Of a DNA stretch of 64,000 nucleotides, positions 1 through 13,600 are shown one piece after another. The stretch is from Macrostomum lignano. Lineage: Eukaryota. The stretch lies in the NCBI GenBank assembly GCA_002269645.1, contig NIVC01002607.1, positions 11,967-75,966 of the forward strand, written 5' to 3'. The position numbers and the translations under genes were made by a program. The notes under the pieces were generated by a model. The model searched no databases, was not told the DNA's origin, and saw only the letters and a list, made by a program, of their open reading frames with translations. Position 1 is the first letter of the stretch. Each line of letters starts with the position of its first letter.

Positions 1-315
1 TGACCACTGCCTACGATGGCACCTGCACACGTTGAGTTACGGACAGGCCTGCTTGGATCGTCGCGATATTTTTGTTTGAAATATCAATGCAACTGATTGA
101 CTGTAGCAGACATGTTAGCATAGTGAATTACAGAATTTGTTGCTTTAATTTGAGAGCACTGTTCAAAATAAACCTTTGTTTCGTTATCTGTTCAGTGGAC
201 AGATTTGAAATTACTTTTGACAGAATTGATCTGAGCTTTAACCATAGACTATTAAGTTGGCGCTCGGCTTGCGAGCTGAATGTATGCCTTTCTGCTATCT
301 ACGGCAGATTTGAAG

Positions 316-1290
316 TTACTTGTGACAGACTTGGAGTGGAAAAGGTATAGTATTGTCTTGGTTCTTAGGGACCCGTTGCTCCTTGTGCTCCACACGCACG
401 AAAACAGGAACTGGCTCTTGAACCGGCCTCGTCCTCTCTGTACAAATGGCTGATAGACGTGTTCGGGGCGACTGCTGAAACACCAGAAGTGCCAGAATTG
501 ATCCATTGCAGTGAGGAGTCGTATTCTGAAACAGGCAGAATCCTGCTAAATGCCTTTCCAGCTCAGAAAGATTGGCACCAGCGTTTATCTTTCTTAAATA
601 AAACTTCAGTTCTTCAATTACTCTCTCCACCTGACCGTTGGACTGATGATGTCCTGGGGGAGTAAGTGTGTGGTCGATGTAGTTCTCTCGCAGGAAAGTA
701 ACAAAATCTTCTGCCACAAAAGTTCCACCATTGTCCGAAACCAGATTTTTCGGCAATCCGGTATACTTGAACGTTTTTCTCAGCGCACTAATGACAATGG
801 ATGCTTTCATTGACGGCACGGACTGTACATCTACCCATTTTGAAAATGCGTCAACCAGGACAAGGAAGCGTTGACCTTTGAAAGTAGCGATGTCAACGTG
901 AACTCTCTCGAAGAAACTTTTTGTCTCCGGCCATGACGACAGATTTGCATTGCTTCTTTTCCTAGCATGTAGCTGGCATTGAACACAACGTTAAACGAAT
1001 GCATTGATTTGAGCATCTATGTCGGGCCACCAGAAGTACTGTCTGGATAGACGTAGCATCCTCACGATGCCGGGGTGGTCCTCGTGAAGCATATGGAGAA
1101 TCTCGCTTCTCAGGCTAGAGGGTGGGACGATGCGCAATCCCTTGAAAATCACTCCGTTTTGGAGTGTGTATTCCAACTTATTGCGTGAATATGGCAGCAT
1201 AGCTGGTGGTGGATAAGCAGGCCAGCCGTCTTGAATGTACTTCTTGAGCATGTCCAACTTGTAATCTTTAGTTCGTACGATCCTCTGCAT
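316..1290 (-). pseudogene. Integrase, frameshifted (Zn-binding part 991-1290, rve core 316-819)
   Basis: LHEDHPGIVRM...YFWWP and VSDNG...SNGQVERVIEELK lie in different frames. Confidence 0.9.
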
Positions 1291-2216
1291 AGCTGTTCAG
1301 AGTTTCCGAAACCCTCCAGTGCATTGATTTCTAGGAGGTTGATCTTCTGATCCTCTGAGTCCGACTGCAGTGGAAGTCTGGACAAAGTGTCTGCAGCGTA
1401 CATCGTTTCACCCTTGACGTACATCACGTTGTAATCGTAAGCTCTTAACATTAATGCCCATCGCTGAATCCTTGCTGAAACTCGCTCGGAGACCTCGTTC
1501 GGATTAAATATGTACTGAAGCGGTTGGTGATCAGAAATGATGGTAAATTTTCGACCCGCGAGGTACTGACAAAAGTATCTGGTCCCTTCGACGATCGCTA
1601 ACGCCTCCCGCTCAATGTTAGCGTAGTTGCTCTCCGCTGGAGTCAGGACTCGGCTGCCTAGCCAGACAACCTGTCTTTGCATTGGATCATGAGCTAGAAC
1701 GTACCCGAGGCCATCCTTAGAGGCGTCACAAATCAAGTATAACGGTTTCGTTATGTCGTATGCGGTTATCACACCGCCTGCAATAATGCTCTTCAGCTTG
1801 TCGAATGCCGCAGACTGCTCTCCATGCCAACTCCAGTGAACTCCTTTCTTCAGCAGCTGATATAACGATCGTGCAATCATTGAAAAGTTATTGCAGAAGA
1901 CGCCATAGTGTCGGAAGGTGCACAGAGCGCTGCGCAGTTGGTCCTTGTCTTTTGGATATGGTAACCTCTTCCACGCCTCCATTCGTGCTGGGTCGGGGTG
2001 CATGCCTCCATCGCGCAAAATGAAGCCAAGAAATCGAACTTCTTTACGACATTCTTGAGACTTTCTCTGGTTAATCTTGAACCCGCAGTTTGCCAAACGA
2101 TCCTTGACTTGACGAACCAGCTGCATGTGTTTCTCGGCTGAATCCTCATGTGTCCCAATAATGATGTCATCCTGGTATGAGGCTGTAAATGGTACATCCC
2201 GAAGAACTTCGTCCAT
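1149..2216 (-). pseudogene. Reverse transcriptase C-half and RNase H
   Basis: YQDDIII, VRFLGF, CDASKDGLGYVL, IEREALAI, DHQPL, ADTLSR. Confidence 0.92.
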
Positions 2217-2264
2217 GATTTCCTGAAATCTTAGAGGCGCCGCGGAAATCCCGAATTGTAGATA

Positions 2265-3855
2265 TCAGAATGCAAAGAATCCCATGTGAGTAGAAATGCA
2301 TGTGAGCTCTTGGCTCTCAGGGGATAGAGCCACCTGTAAGAAGGCCTGTTCTAAGTCTAGGACCGTATAGAATTTAGCGTTGGGAATCTTAGCCAGGATC
2401 TCCTCCATCTTCGGAAACCTGTACTTGTCCACGTCAATAAGACGATTGAGCATCATAGAGTAGTCGCCACACAGTCGAATAGGTCTTCTTAGTTCGGTTT
2501 CTACCATAGACTTCATGGAGAAAGGAAGTGAGCGAGCAGGAAATCGCATGCCTTCCATACTCACACCCGAACGTAAGCGAAAGCTGGCAATGAAGTTTGA
2601 GCTTTGATCTCGGACAACTGGTAGGCACTTGTGTTCATTCGACACTCGAACCGCTTGATCCATTCGCACTAGGTCTAGGGACGGTATGAAGTTCATGCCC
2701 AGAATAGCTGTTGTATCTTGACCGACGTAGATGTTTTCTGAAGCAGACTTGCCACCAATAACTTGTAGCTTTGCCCCGTAGATGACAGAACTGACCGTAG
2801 CTTGAAAACCTCCGTAAGATCTTAGTTTTTGGCTGACTGGCTGTAACTCTAAGCCTGAGCTCTTAGTGATTTGATCTGGAACCTTAGTTACTTGGCTGCC
2901 GGTGTCCACAAGCATGTTGACTTCGGTTTTTCCTAGACGACACCGAACAAACCACTGATCTGAGTAACCCGTTTTTGGCTGTCTAACCGCATGAATGAGT
3001 TCCAGATGGTAAGAGCTAGTGTTCCCTGGTGAAGGGCTGCAGCTTGGCATTCGTTGGATTGCGTTCATAGCCTTTGATCTGCACACGGTAGCTAGATGTC
3101 CTACCTTGCCGCATTTATGGCACTTGGCTTCTCGGAACCTGCATGCTGATCGTAGATGTCCCGATTTCCCACAGGTGTGACACTTAGCTGTTTTACCTTT
3201 AGGTTTGCCGCTCGACTGATTATGCAGATGTCCCTGAGGTTGCTTGAATGAGACAGAGCGTTGGGCACTGCAGCTTCTAGGTCTCGAGAATGTCCCAGCA
3301 TTCTGCACATTAGCGATAGTTTCCGGCTTGTCTGTAGCAGTTGCAATTGACTCGGTCATGAGTCCCTCTTGAATAGCATCATTAAGCTCAAGCGTGCCTT
3401 TGGATAGCAGTTTTTGCCGCAGATTCTGACTACGAAGTCCGAAGATGAACTGAGACAGGATCAGGTCTTCGCGCAATTCACCATATTGGCACTTGTTGGC
3501 TTGTTGCTTGAGCCGTGCAACGAAATTTATAGCTCGTAATGCTCTCCGCGTCCTTTTGAACAGTGGAATGGAACACATGTCGCTCATAGTGAAGCAGAAC
3601 TTTCGGTTTGAAGTTCACGAGCAAAGTGTCCTGAATCGAATTGAACGTAACACCGGCCTTGGTGATGTCTTCTGGTTTTATCAGCTCCTCCACCAGATTG
3701 AATGCAGATTTACCGCAGGTAGCCAGTAGGACTGCTTTGGCTTGCTCCTTCTTCTCAGTTGCCTCCAGGTAGAACAGAAGTCGTTTGAAGTATTGTTCTA
3801 TCTCTGGGTAAGAAAGTGGCATCTCACCAAGACGGTACTCCATTGACTGAGCCAT
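2265..3855 (-). pseudogene. Gag, protease and RT N-half (frameshift near 3500-3590; deletion before PIRLCGDY)
   Basis: The 3478-3855 ORF is gag N-term-like. The 2265-3587 ORF has two zinc knuckles, DTGS, CGDY and LDLEQAFLQV. VETELRR joins directly to PIRLCGDY, lacking the usual intervening WAxP segment. Confidence 0.88.
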
Positions 3856-3903
3856 TTTGAGGGCGGCAGGTGCGGAATTTTCCTCGACCCTCAGTTGCTT
3901 TTT

Positions 3904-3916
3904 ATCCTCGTCGCCA
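3904..3916 (-). other. Primer-binding site TGGCGACGAGGAT (probably tRNA-Ser GCU)
   Basis: Abuts the LTR end (CA) on the minus strand. It is complementary to ...ATCCTCGTCGCCA, which I recall as the 3' end of metazoan tRNA-Ser(GCU); not checked against a database. Confidence 0.75.
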
Positions 3917-4128
3917 TGTTTTGTTTGAAAAACGCCAAGTCAATGAATTAGGGTAGTTTGAAATTAAGCTATATTTTAGCAGCAGCGCGCTCCTAGGGTC
4001 TTGTGTTCCTAAATGAAGAGATTCGAAGCTTAGCAAACAAAGGAGAGTACTGTATCGCGTCGCATAAACCATAGACTATTTCCGAAGTAAAAGTCTATAC
4101 TTTGCAGTAGTCATAGCAATACGCAACA
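3917..4128 (-). mobile_element. 5' LTR (212 bp, TG...CA)
   Basis: TGTTTTG...GCAACA termini, adjacent PBS, second copy at 33982-34195 with 7 substitutions over the aligned ~209 bp. Confidence 0.93.
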
Positions 4129-4741
4129 CCAGCCTCCCAAATCCTCAGTTGCTGTGCCAGCCTCCCAAATCCTCAGTCGCTGGGACAGCCTCCCAGATCC
4201 TCAGTTGCTGTGCCAGCCTCCCAAATCCTCAGTCGCTGGGACAGCCTCCCAGATCCTCAGTGGCTGTGCCAGCCTCCCAAATCCTCAGTTGCTGGGCCAG
4301 TCTCCCAGATCCTCAGTTTTTGATTAGCCAGCCTCCCAGATCCTCAGTTGCTGTGCCAGCCTCCCAAATCCTCAGTTGCTGTGCCAGCCTCCCAGATCCT
4401 CAATTGCTGTGCCAGCCTCCCAAATCCTCGGTTGCTGGGCCAGCCTCCCAGATCCTCAGTTGCTGTGCCACCCTTCCAGATCCTCAGTTGCTGGGCCAGC
4501 CTCTCAAATCCTCAGTTGCTGGGCCAGTCTCCCAGATCCTCAGTTGTTGATTGGCGAGCCTCCCAGATTCTCATTTCCTGGGCCAGTCTCCCAGATCCTC
4601 AGTTGCTGTGCCAGCCTCCCAGATCCTCAGTTGCTGGGCCAGCCTCTCAAATCCTCAGTTGCTGGGCCAGTCTCCCAGATCCTCAGTTGTTGATTGGCGA
4701 GCCTCCCAGATTCTCATTTCCTGGGCCAGTCTCCCAGATCC
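4129..4741. repeat. ~28-bp minisatellite (CCTCCCAGATCCTCAGTTGCTGTGCCAG)
   Basis: Direct tandem array starting at the first base after the LTR; same family at 33690-33981. Confidence 0.9.
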
Positions 4742-4937
4742 TCTGTAGGTTTCTCATCCTATCGAAAAAGCAGTGCGTTATTTTAACCTTCAAAATTTGG
4801 CGTCTTTACCATAGAAAATTGCTGTTGGAAGAGCTTCGTGTTGATAAGCCAGTCATTCTTCAAAGCAGAAACGCTCTCAGAAGTATCAAAAGAACTCACA
4901 AGTACACGAGCCTATCTTTGAGCATCGCAAAGCAGAG

Positions 4938-5312
4938 ATGCTGAACTCAAAGCAGCCAAAGAATTCTGACACGATAAGCAGGAATAAAATCGTTGTTCGC
5001 GTCATTCACTGCGACGCCACGTACTCCAAAGCACTCAGTACCAATCTGCGCCGACTGATGCCGCTGCACCTGATTAACGATATCGATATGGATTATCAGC
5101 TGCTGTCAGCTTCTAATTTAGACTTCTTCTCCGTTGAGATTAAGCGCAGGAATGAATCGAAAATGGTATTTACCTTTGCTAAGAATACCGAGCCGCAGCA
5201 ATATCCTCTGATCAATATTTATAACAAAGTGGCTGGAGAATTGTGCGCCGAAATTTTAAAACAGATCAAAAATGCTCAAGAGGACAGGTTTATTGCGCAG
5301 CTATACTACTGA
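4938..5312 (+). other. Non-repetitive ORF of unknown nature (open from ~4848)
   Basis: About 155 stop-free codons of ordinary composition. No domain recognised; could be an exon or TE remnant. Confidence 0.2.
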
Positions 5313-5978
5313 CCTGACAACTGCAATGAGTAGTTGAACTTCTGGAAAGTAATTTGAAATATTCAGCACAAAATTGAACTGAATTATTGCAGTATGCGTT
5401 AAGAAATATAAAGCCAAATTTTGCATCACCACTTGCTGCCTAGCTGTCTTTAGGAGTCCTTCAAATTTTGATAGTGATGATTTCAAATTTGGGCTTTGAA
5501 GGTTGCTTCAACCCAACTATATGTACGAGGAAGTTAGCTTAAAGCCAACAACTTGGACATGGGGAATATAGCTAGTGGATTTTAGGGTGGGGATATTTTC
5601 ATGAGAATTGATTTTATAAGAATAAAACTATGATCCTATTAAAACTGCAACTGATTTATCAATCTAAGAAATTACAAAAGGATTACTTATTTCCTAATTT
5701 TTCACCGTGAAGCTTTGCTTCTGAAAAAAAGATTGTTTTTTTAAATAAACTATTCTTGGAAATTGCTTAAACTTATCGAATTCCCATTAGCAGCGCATAG
5801 GGGATTAACAAATGGAGGTTTGACCTCACCGCTGAAAGCATTTTTTGTATTTTTTTACTTTTTCGTCATTTTAGGCATCACCTTAAGCGTCTGGCAAAAG
5901 GTAAAAGGATCACCTCTGAAAGGTTTACTCAATCTCAACCCCAAAAGTTGGTACCAATTGTGACCCATGATCTATGAA

Positions 5979-6433
5979 ATTTGCTTGCCGAACTTTGCTT
6001 GCAGGAATTTGCTTGCCGAACTTTGCTTGCAGAACTTTGCTTGCAGGAATTTTGCTTGCAGAACTTTGCTTGCAGGAATTTGCTTGCAGAACTTTGCTTG
6101 CCGAACTTTGCTTGCCGAACTTTGCTTGTCGAACTTTGCTTGCCGAACTTTGCTTGCCGAACTTTGCTTGTCGAACTTTGCTTGCCGAACTTTGCTTGCC
6201 GAACTTTGCTTGCCGAACTTTGCTTGCCGAACTTTGCTTGCCGAACTTTGCTTGCCGAAATTTGCTTGCCGAACTTTGCTTGCCGAACTTTGCTTGCCGA
6301 ACTTTGCTTGCCTGCAAAATTCCTGCAAGCAAAATTCCTGCAAGCAAAGTTCGGCAAGCAAAGTTCCTGCAAGCAAAATTCCTGCAAGCAAAGTTCGGCA
6401 AGCAAATTTCCGCAAACAAAATTCCTTCAAGCA
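5979..6433. repeat. 14-15 bp satellite (CTTTGCTTGCCGAA / TTTTGCTTGCAGGAA) with strand inversion at ~6312
   Basis: Units read forward to ~6311, then as the reverse complement (GCAAGCAAAGTTCG, GCAAGCAAAATTCCT). Confidence 0.9.
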
Positions 6434-7587
6434 AACGTCGTACTCCCCTTCCCTCCTCCGCTCCATTCTCTCCAGTATTTCCTTTCTTTCTCCCCCTCAG
6501 GCCCGCAGTCATGCGTTAATCCATCTATCTGTTGTCTACCTGGTCCTTGAGGTAAAAATTTTGCCGACTCAATTGCTTACAGTGGGTCTCGCTGAGGCAA
6601 GGAGTACACTAGGGTGGATTGGCGGAACCTTCACAGTTGGGATCTGCACGACCCAGTTCCCAGAAGGGACACACAAATTTTGAGGTATAGCCCGAGCATA
6701 TACGAATACTCGTACAGCTTCTCTTGGAGGACTTGCAGCAAAATACACTGCCGAAATGGGAAGTTGCAGCTTCTGGGATTCTGAATTCGAACGAGTCATA
6801 CGCACAGGCACACACTCACAGGAGTGTACAGCGGCCTCAACTTTATTTATTGTTAGGCATGTACACTTTGCTGTGCCTTGGGGGTTGGCCCTCAAGCTGG
6901 GCGTTAATTGCACGAGCAGAGCCAAGCCGAGATTTAGCCTCAAATTAATGCCACTGCACTTTGAATGGAGTCTGGACCGCTGACACATCAGAGCGCCACG
7001 ACCAGAGCATGGATGACTAGGCTACGGCACCCCAGTAGCCAAATGTATACATGTGAATTTCGCACCCGGACTCCATCTTATCCGAAAATGGCTTGCAGCA
7101 AATTCCAACTTAATTTGTGCAAACTAAACTTAAATGTGTAACCTTAGCTCAAAATCGAAAAATCGTACAAACTTAGCTTCGGCTTAAACACTTAGTGAAA
7201 CTTTTTACCACAAACCAAATTTTGTTTTCAATCCGTAGTAACATGTACTTTTCAGTACAGATTCGCACAGTTCATTTCCATGACCCTTATAACAAGAATT
7301 TGTGCACTCTTAGCCATTCTTTAATACACAACTGAATTGCCGCAAATGCAAACTGTCTATGGCCAGAGCCCGCTGACTGAGATGTACAGTTGCGTCTGTG
7401 GCTGAACCCTCAAACCCTATTATATTGCTGATCCCGAGCCCAAATGCTCTCAGCATTTCTACTTTCGATAAGCTGAATTTGCACTTTTCACAAGACTCTA
7501 TCAGACAGCAACTAGGAGAAACAAGAAACCTTCCTTTCAAAGTTCAACAAAAATCTGCGTGGATCAGCTGATCGCTTCGACCTGAGC

Positions 7588-7669
7588 ATGTTCCGAACGG
7601 TTCTGCTTCTGTTCTGCATGAGCGCAGCCATCTACGGTGCTCTGAGCTGCCCGTCCTCAAAGAAGAAAT
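7588..7669 (+). CDS. WSC gene exon 1: signal peptide MFRTVLLLFCMSAAIYGALSCPSSKKK
   Basis: ATG at 7588, hydrophobic core, 82 nt (phase 1), donor GTGAGT at 7670, 88-nt intron to the acceptor at 7757. Confidence 0.8.
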
Positions 7670-10600
7670 GTGAGTAGCTTTTGTTGCCTTTGATTTGCGC
7701 TTTAGCTTGCTTGTGCTCATGCTCAGCTGCATTCAGGATAATCCTGCCACTTTTCAGCTGAGCCTGATGCAGCTCCGGAAACCAAGGAGGATCCGCCGAA
7801 AGACAGAAGCGATTGGCCTTCAGAAAATCAATTTCACCCTGGTCTGTGAACAGTCACCATCGAGTGACTTTGATAGCCTTTGATTTGCGCTTTAGCTTGC
7901 TTGTGCTCATGCTCAGCTGCATTCAGGATAATCCTGCCACTTTTCAGCTGAGCCTGATGCAACTCCGGAAACCAAGGAGGATCCGCCGAAAGACAGAAGC
8001 GATTGGCCTTCAGAAAATCAATTTCACCCTGGTCTGTAAACAGTCACCATCGAGTGACTTCTTGTCCTCCTGTCATGATTGATTCCACTTTAATAAATGC
8101 ATTTTTCTCATCTGTCAGCATGTCAAAAAGTACTCTCATCATATCAGAACAGTTCCCTCAGCATATTAACATGTCTATAATTCCCAAACAGTTTACAATT
8201 CCCTAGCTGTCTAAATTTCCCAAACTGTTTACAATTCCCCAGCTGTCTACAATTCCCTAGCTGTCTACAATTCCCCAGCTGTCTACAATTCTCCCAAATG
8301 TCTACAGTTCCCCAAATGTCTACAATTCCCAAAGCTGTCTACAATTCCCAAGCTGTCTTTAATTGCCCTGCTGTCTACAATTCCCCACCTCTCTACAGTT
8401 TCCCAGCTGTCTACAATTCTTAAAGCTGTTTACAATCCCCCATCTGTCTTTAATTGCCTTGCTGATTAAAATTCACCAGCTGTCTACAATTCCCCAACTG
8501 TCTACAATCCCCCCAACTTTCTACTGTTCCCCAATATGTGTACAAACATTCACTCCAAAATACTTTGCACTTTAGCTTGTGCTCATGCTCAGCTGCATTC
8601 AAGATATAACTGCCACTTTTCAGCTGGGACAAATGCAGCTCCGACTAGCCAGGACACTTCGAAAGTCAAAACCACTTTGGAAGATCCAGGTGAGACACCA
8701 GTTAGATTTTGAGTTGAATTACAAATTTCTTACTTCAGTAGAGTAACTTCACCCTGGTCTTTGATCTGTCATTATCAAATCACTTATCTTGCCTTTGTGT
8801 CATAAAAGATCCTGTAGTTTTAGCGAGATACGGATCATCTCCTGCGTCTACAATGCCCTGCTGTCTAAATTTCCCCAGCTGTGTACAATTCCCCCAGCTC
8901 TCTACAATTCCCCAGCTGTCTACGATTTCTCCAGATCTCTACAATTCCCCAGCTGTCAACGATTTCTCCAGCTCTCTACAATTCCCCAGCTGTCTACAAC
9001 TCCCCAGCTGTCTACAATTTTCCAGCTGTCTTCAAATGCCCCGCTGTCTTTAATTACTCTGCTGTCTACAATATCCCCAGCCGCGTCTTTAATTGCCATG
9101 CTCTCTACAATTTCCTACCTGTCTTTAATTACTCTGCTGTCTACAATTTCCCCAGCCGCGTCTTTAATTGCCATGCTCTCTACAATTTCCTACCTGTCTT
9201 TAATTGACCTGCTGTCTACAATTCCCCAGCAGTCTACAATTTCCCACCTGTCTACAATTCCCTAGCTGTCTACAATTTTCCAGCTGTCTACAATTTCCCA
9301 CCTGTCTACAATTCCCTAGCTGTCTACAATTTTCCAGCTGTCTACAATTCCCCAGCTGTCTTCTATTGCCTGCTGTCTACAATTTCCCAGCTGTCTGCAT
9401 TTCCCCAGCTGTCTAAAATTGCCCAGCTGTCTACAATTTCCCAGCTGTCTTTAATTGCCATCCTGTCTACAACTTCCCAGCTGTCTGCAATTCCCCAGCT
9501 GTCTACAATTTCCCAGCTGTCTTTAATTGCCTGCTGTCTACAATTTTTCAGCTGTCTTTAATTGACCTGCTGTCTACAATTTCCCAGCTGTCTTTAATTG
9601 CCATCCTGTCTACAATTTCCCAGCTGTCTGCAATTTCCCAGCTGTCTTTAATTGCCATCCTGTCTACAATTCCCCAGCTGTCTAAAATTCCCCAGCTGTC
9701 TACAATTTCCCAGCTGTCTTTAATTGCCATCCTGTCTACAATTTCCCAGCTGTCTGCAATTCCCCAGCTGTCTAAAATTCCCAAGCTGTCTAAAATTCCC
9801 CAGCTGTCTAAAATTCCCCAGCCGTCTTTAATTGCCCTGCTGTCTACATTTCTCCACTTGTCTTAAACTGCCCTGCTGTTTAAAATTCACCAGCTGTTTA
9901 CATTTCCTCAACTGTCTACTATCCCCCCAACTTTCTACTGTTCCCCAATATGTGTACAAACATTCACTCCAAAATACTTTGCACTTTAGCTTGTGCTCAT
10001 GCTCAGCTGCATTCAAGATATAACTGCCACTTTTCAGCTGGGACAAATGCAGCTCCGACTAGCCAGGACACTTCGAAAGTCAAAACCACTTTGGAAGATC
10101 CAGGTGAGACACCAGTTAGATTTTGAGTTGAATTACAAATTTCTTACTTCAGTAGAGTAACTTCACCCTGGTCTTTGATCTGTCATTATCAAATCACTTA
10201 TCTTGCCTTTGTGTCATAAAAGATCCTGTAGTTTTAGCGAGATACGGATCATCTCCTGCGTCTACAATGCCCTGCTGTCTAAATTTCCCCAGCTGTGTAC
10301 AATTCCCCCAGCTCTCTACAATTCCCCAGCTGTCTACGATTTCTCCAGATCTCTACAATTCCCCAGCTGTCTACGATTTCTCCAGCTCTCTACAATTCCC
10401 CAGCTGTCTACAACTCCCCAGCTGTCTACAATTTTCCAGCTGTCTTCAAATGCCCCGCTGTCTTTAATTACTCTGCTGTCTACAATATCCCCAGCCGCGT
10501 CTTTAATTGCCATGCTCTCTACAATTTCCTACCTGTCTTTAATTACTCTGCTGTCTACAATTTCCCAGCCGCGTCTTTAATTGCCATGCTCTCTACAATT

Positions 10601-13600
10601 TCCTACCTGTCTTTAATTGACCTGCTGTCTACAATTCCCCAGCAGTCTACAATTTCCCACCTGTCTACAATTCCCTAGCTGTCTACAATTTTCCAGCTGT
10701 CTACAATTTCCCACCTGTCTACAATTCCCTAGCTGTCTACAATTTTCCAGCTGTCTACAATTCCCCAGCTGTCTTCTATTGCCTGCTGTCTACAATTTCT
10801 TTGCTGTCTTTAATTGCCCTGCTGTCTACAATTCCCCACCTGTTTTTAATTGCTCTTCTGTCTACAATTTTCCAGCTGTTTACAATTCCCCAGCTGTCTA
10901 CGATTTCTCTAACTCTCTACAATTCCCCAGCTGTGTACAATTCCCCAGCTGTCTTTAATTGACCTGCTGTCTACAATTTCCCACCTGTCTACAATTCCCT
11001 AGCTGTCTACAATTTTCCAGCTGTCCACAATTTCCCACCTGTCTTTAATTGCCCTGCTGTCTACAAGTCCCCAGCTGTCTTTAATTGACCTGCTGTCTAC
11101 AATTTCCCACCTGTCTTTAATTGCCATCCTGTCTACAATTTCCCAGCTGTCTGCATTTCCCCAGCTGTCTAAAATTGCCCAGCTGTCTACAATTTCCCAG
11201 CTGTCTTTAATTGCCATCCTGTCTACAACTTCCCAGCTGTCTGCAATTCCCCAGCTGTCTACAATTTCCCAGCTGTCTTTAATTGCCTGCTGTCTACAAT
11301 TTTCCAGCTGTCTTTAATTGACCTGCTGTCTACAATTTCCCAGCTGTCTTTAATTGCCATCCTGTCTACAATTTCCCAGCTGTCTGCAATTTCCCAGCTG
11401 TCTTTAATTGCCATCCTGTCTACAATTCCCCAGCTGTCTAAAATTCCCCAGCTGTCTACAATTTCCCAGCTGTCTTTAATTGCCATCCTGTCTACAATTT
11501 CCCAGCTGTCTGCAATTCCCCAGCTGTCTAAAATTCCCAAGCTGTCTAAAATTCCCCAGCTGTCTAAAATTCCCCAGCCGTCTTTAATTGCCCTGCTGTC
11601 TACATTTCTCCACTTGTCTTAAACTGCCCTGCTGTTTAAAATTCACCAGCTGTTTACAATTCCTCAACTGTCTACAATCCCCCCAACTTTCTACTGTTCC
11701 CCAAATTGTGTACAAACATTCACTCCAAAATACTTTGCACTTTAGCTTGTGCTCATGCTCAGCTGCATTCAAGATATAACTGCCACTTTTCAGCTGGGAC
11801 AAATGCAGCTCCGACTAGCCAGGACACTTCGAAAGTCAAAACCACTTTGGAAGATCCAGGTGAGACACCAGTTAGATTTTGAGTTGAATTACAAATTTCT
11901 TACTTCAGTAGAGTAACTTCACCCTGGTCTTTGATCTGTCATTATCAAATCACTAATCTTGCCTTTGTGTCATAAAAGATCCTGTAGTTTTAGCGAGATA
12001 CGGATCATCTCCTGCGTCTACAATGCCCTGCTGTCTAAATTTCCCCAGCTGTGTACAATTCCTCCAGCTCTCTACAATTCCCCAGCTGTCTACGATTTCT
12101 CCAGATCTCTACAATTCCCCAGCTGTCTACGATTTCTCCAGCTCTCTACAATTCCCCAGCTGTCAACGATTTCTCCAGCTCTGTACAATTCCCCAGCTGT
12201 CTACAACTCCCCAGCTGTCTACAATTTTCCAGCTGTCTTCAAATGCTCTGCTGTCTTTAATTTCTTAGCTGTCTTTAATTACTCTGCTGTCTATAATTTC
12301 CCCAACCGCGTCTTTAATTGCCATGCTCTCTACAATTTCCTACCTGTCTACAATTCCCTAGCTGTCTACAATTTTCCAGCTGTCCACAATTTCCCAGCTG
12401 ACTTTAATTGCCATCCTGTCTACAACTTCCCAGCTGTCTGCAATTCCCCAGCTGTCTACAATTTCCCAGCTGTCTTTAATTCCCCAGCTGTCTACAATTT
12501 CCCATCTGTCTTTAATTGCCCTGCTGTCTACAATTTTCCAGCTGTCTTTAATTGCCATCCTGTCTACAATTTCCCAGCTGTCTTTAATTGCCATCCTGTC
12601 TACAATTCCCCAGTTTTCTAAAATTCCCCAGCTGTCTACAATTTCCCAGCTGTCTTTAATTGCCATCCTGTCTACAATTTCCCAGCTGTCTGCAATTCCC
12701 CAGCTGTCTAAAATTCCCCTGCTGTCTACATTTCCCAGCCGTCTTTAATTACCCTGCTGTCTACATTTCCCCAGCCGTCTTTAATTGCCCTGCTGTCTAC
12801 ATTTCCCCAGCCGTCTTTAATTGCCCTGCTGTCTACATTTCCCCAGCCGTCTTTAATTGCCCTGCTGTCTACATTTCCCCAGCCGTCTTTAATTGCCCTG
12901 CTGTCTACATTTCCCCAGCCCTCTTTAATTGCCCTGCTGTCTACATTTCCCCAGCCGTCTTTAATTGCCCTGCTGTCTACATTTCCCCAGCCGTCTTTAA
13001 TTGCCCAGCTGTCTACAATTCTCCACCTCTCTACAGTTTCCCAGCTGTCTACAATTATTAAAGCTGTTTACAATCCCCCATCTGTATTTAATTGCCTTGC
13101 TGTTTAAAATTCACCAGCTGTCTACAATTCCCCAACTGTCTACAATTTCCCAGCTGTCTGCAATTCCCCAGCTGTCTAAAATTTCCCAGCTGTCTAAAAT
13201 TCCCCAGCTGTCCAAAATTCCCCACCTGTCTTTAATTGCCCTGCTGTCTACATTTCCCCAGCCGTCTTTAATTGCCCTGCTGTCTACATTTCCCCAGCCG
13301 TCTTTAATTGCCCTGCTGTCTACATTTCCCCAGCCGTCTTTAATTGCCCAGCTGTCTAGAATTCTCCACCTCTCTACAGTTTCCCAGCTGTCTACAATTA
13401 TTAAAGCTGTTTACAATCCCCCATCTGTATTTAATTGCCTTGCTGTTTAAAATTCACCAGCTGTCTACAATTCCCCAACTGTCTACAATCCCCCCAACTT
13501 TCTACTGTTCCCCAATATGTGTACAAACATTCACTCCAAAATACTTTGCACTTTAGTTTGTGCTCATGCTCAGCTGCATTCAAGATATAACTGCCACTTT

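Larger units (their letters stand above)
1..4128 (-). mobile_element. Ty3/Gypsy LTR retrotransposon (Mag-like), degenerate; 5' LTR, gag-pol; 3' end beyond the window start
   Basis: Minus-strand order gag (two CCHC knuckles CHTCGKSGHLRSAC, CHKCGKVGHLATVC), protease (LVDTGS), RT (LCGDY, YQDD), RNase H (CDAS, EREALAI, DHQPL, ADTLSR), integrase (HHCC His pair; GLPKNLVSDNG...SNGQVER). This order is Ty3/Gypsy. The ORFs are broken by frameshifts and a deletion. Confidence 0.95.

Noticed and set aside
6500-7000. Overlapping ORFs of 68-139 aa on both strands
   Set aside because: No recognisable domain or consistent exon chain; left unassigned, possibly a TE remnant.
8576-8689. Longer 114-nt version of the linker exon using the upstream CTTTAG acceptor
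   Set aside because: The equivalent region has a stop (28037) or a 1-nt deletion (~28840) in diverged copies, whereas the 66-nt form is intact in all 12.
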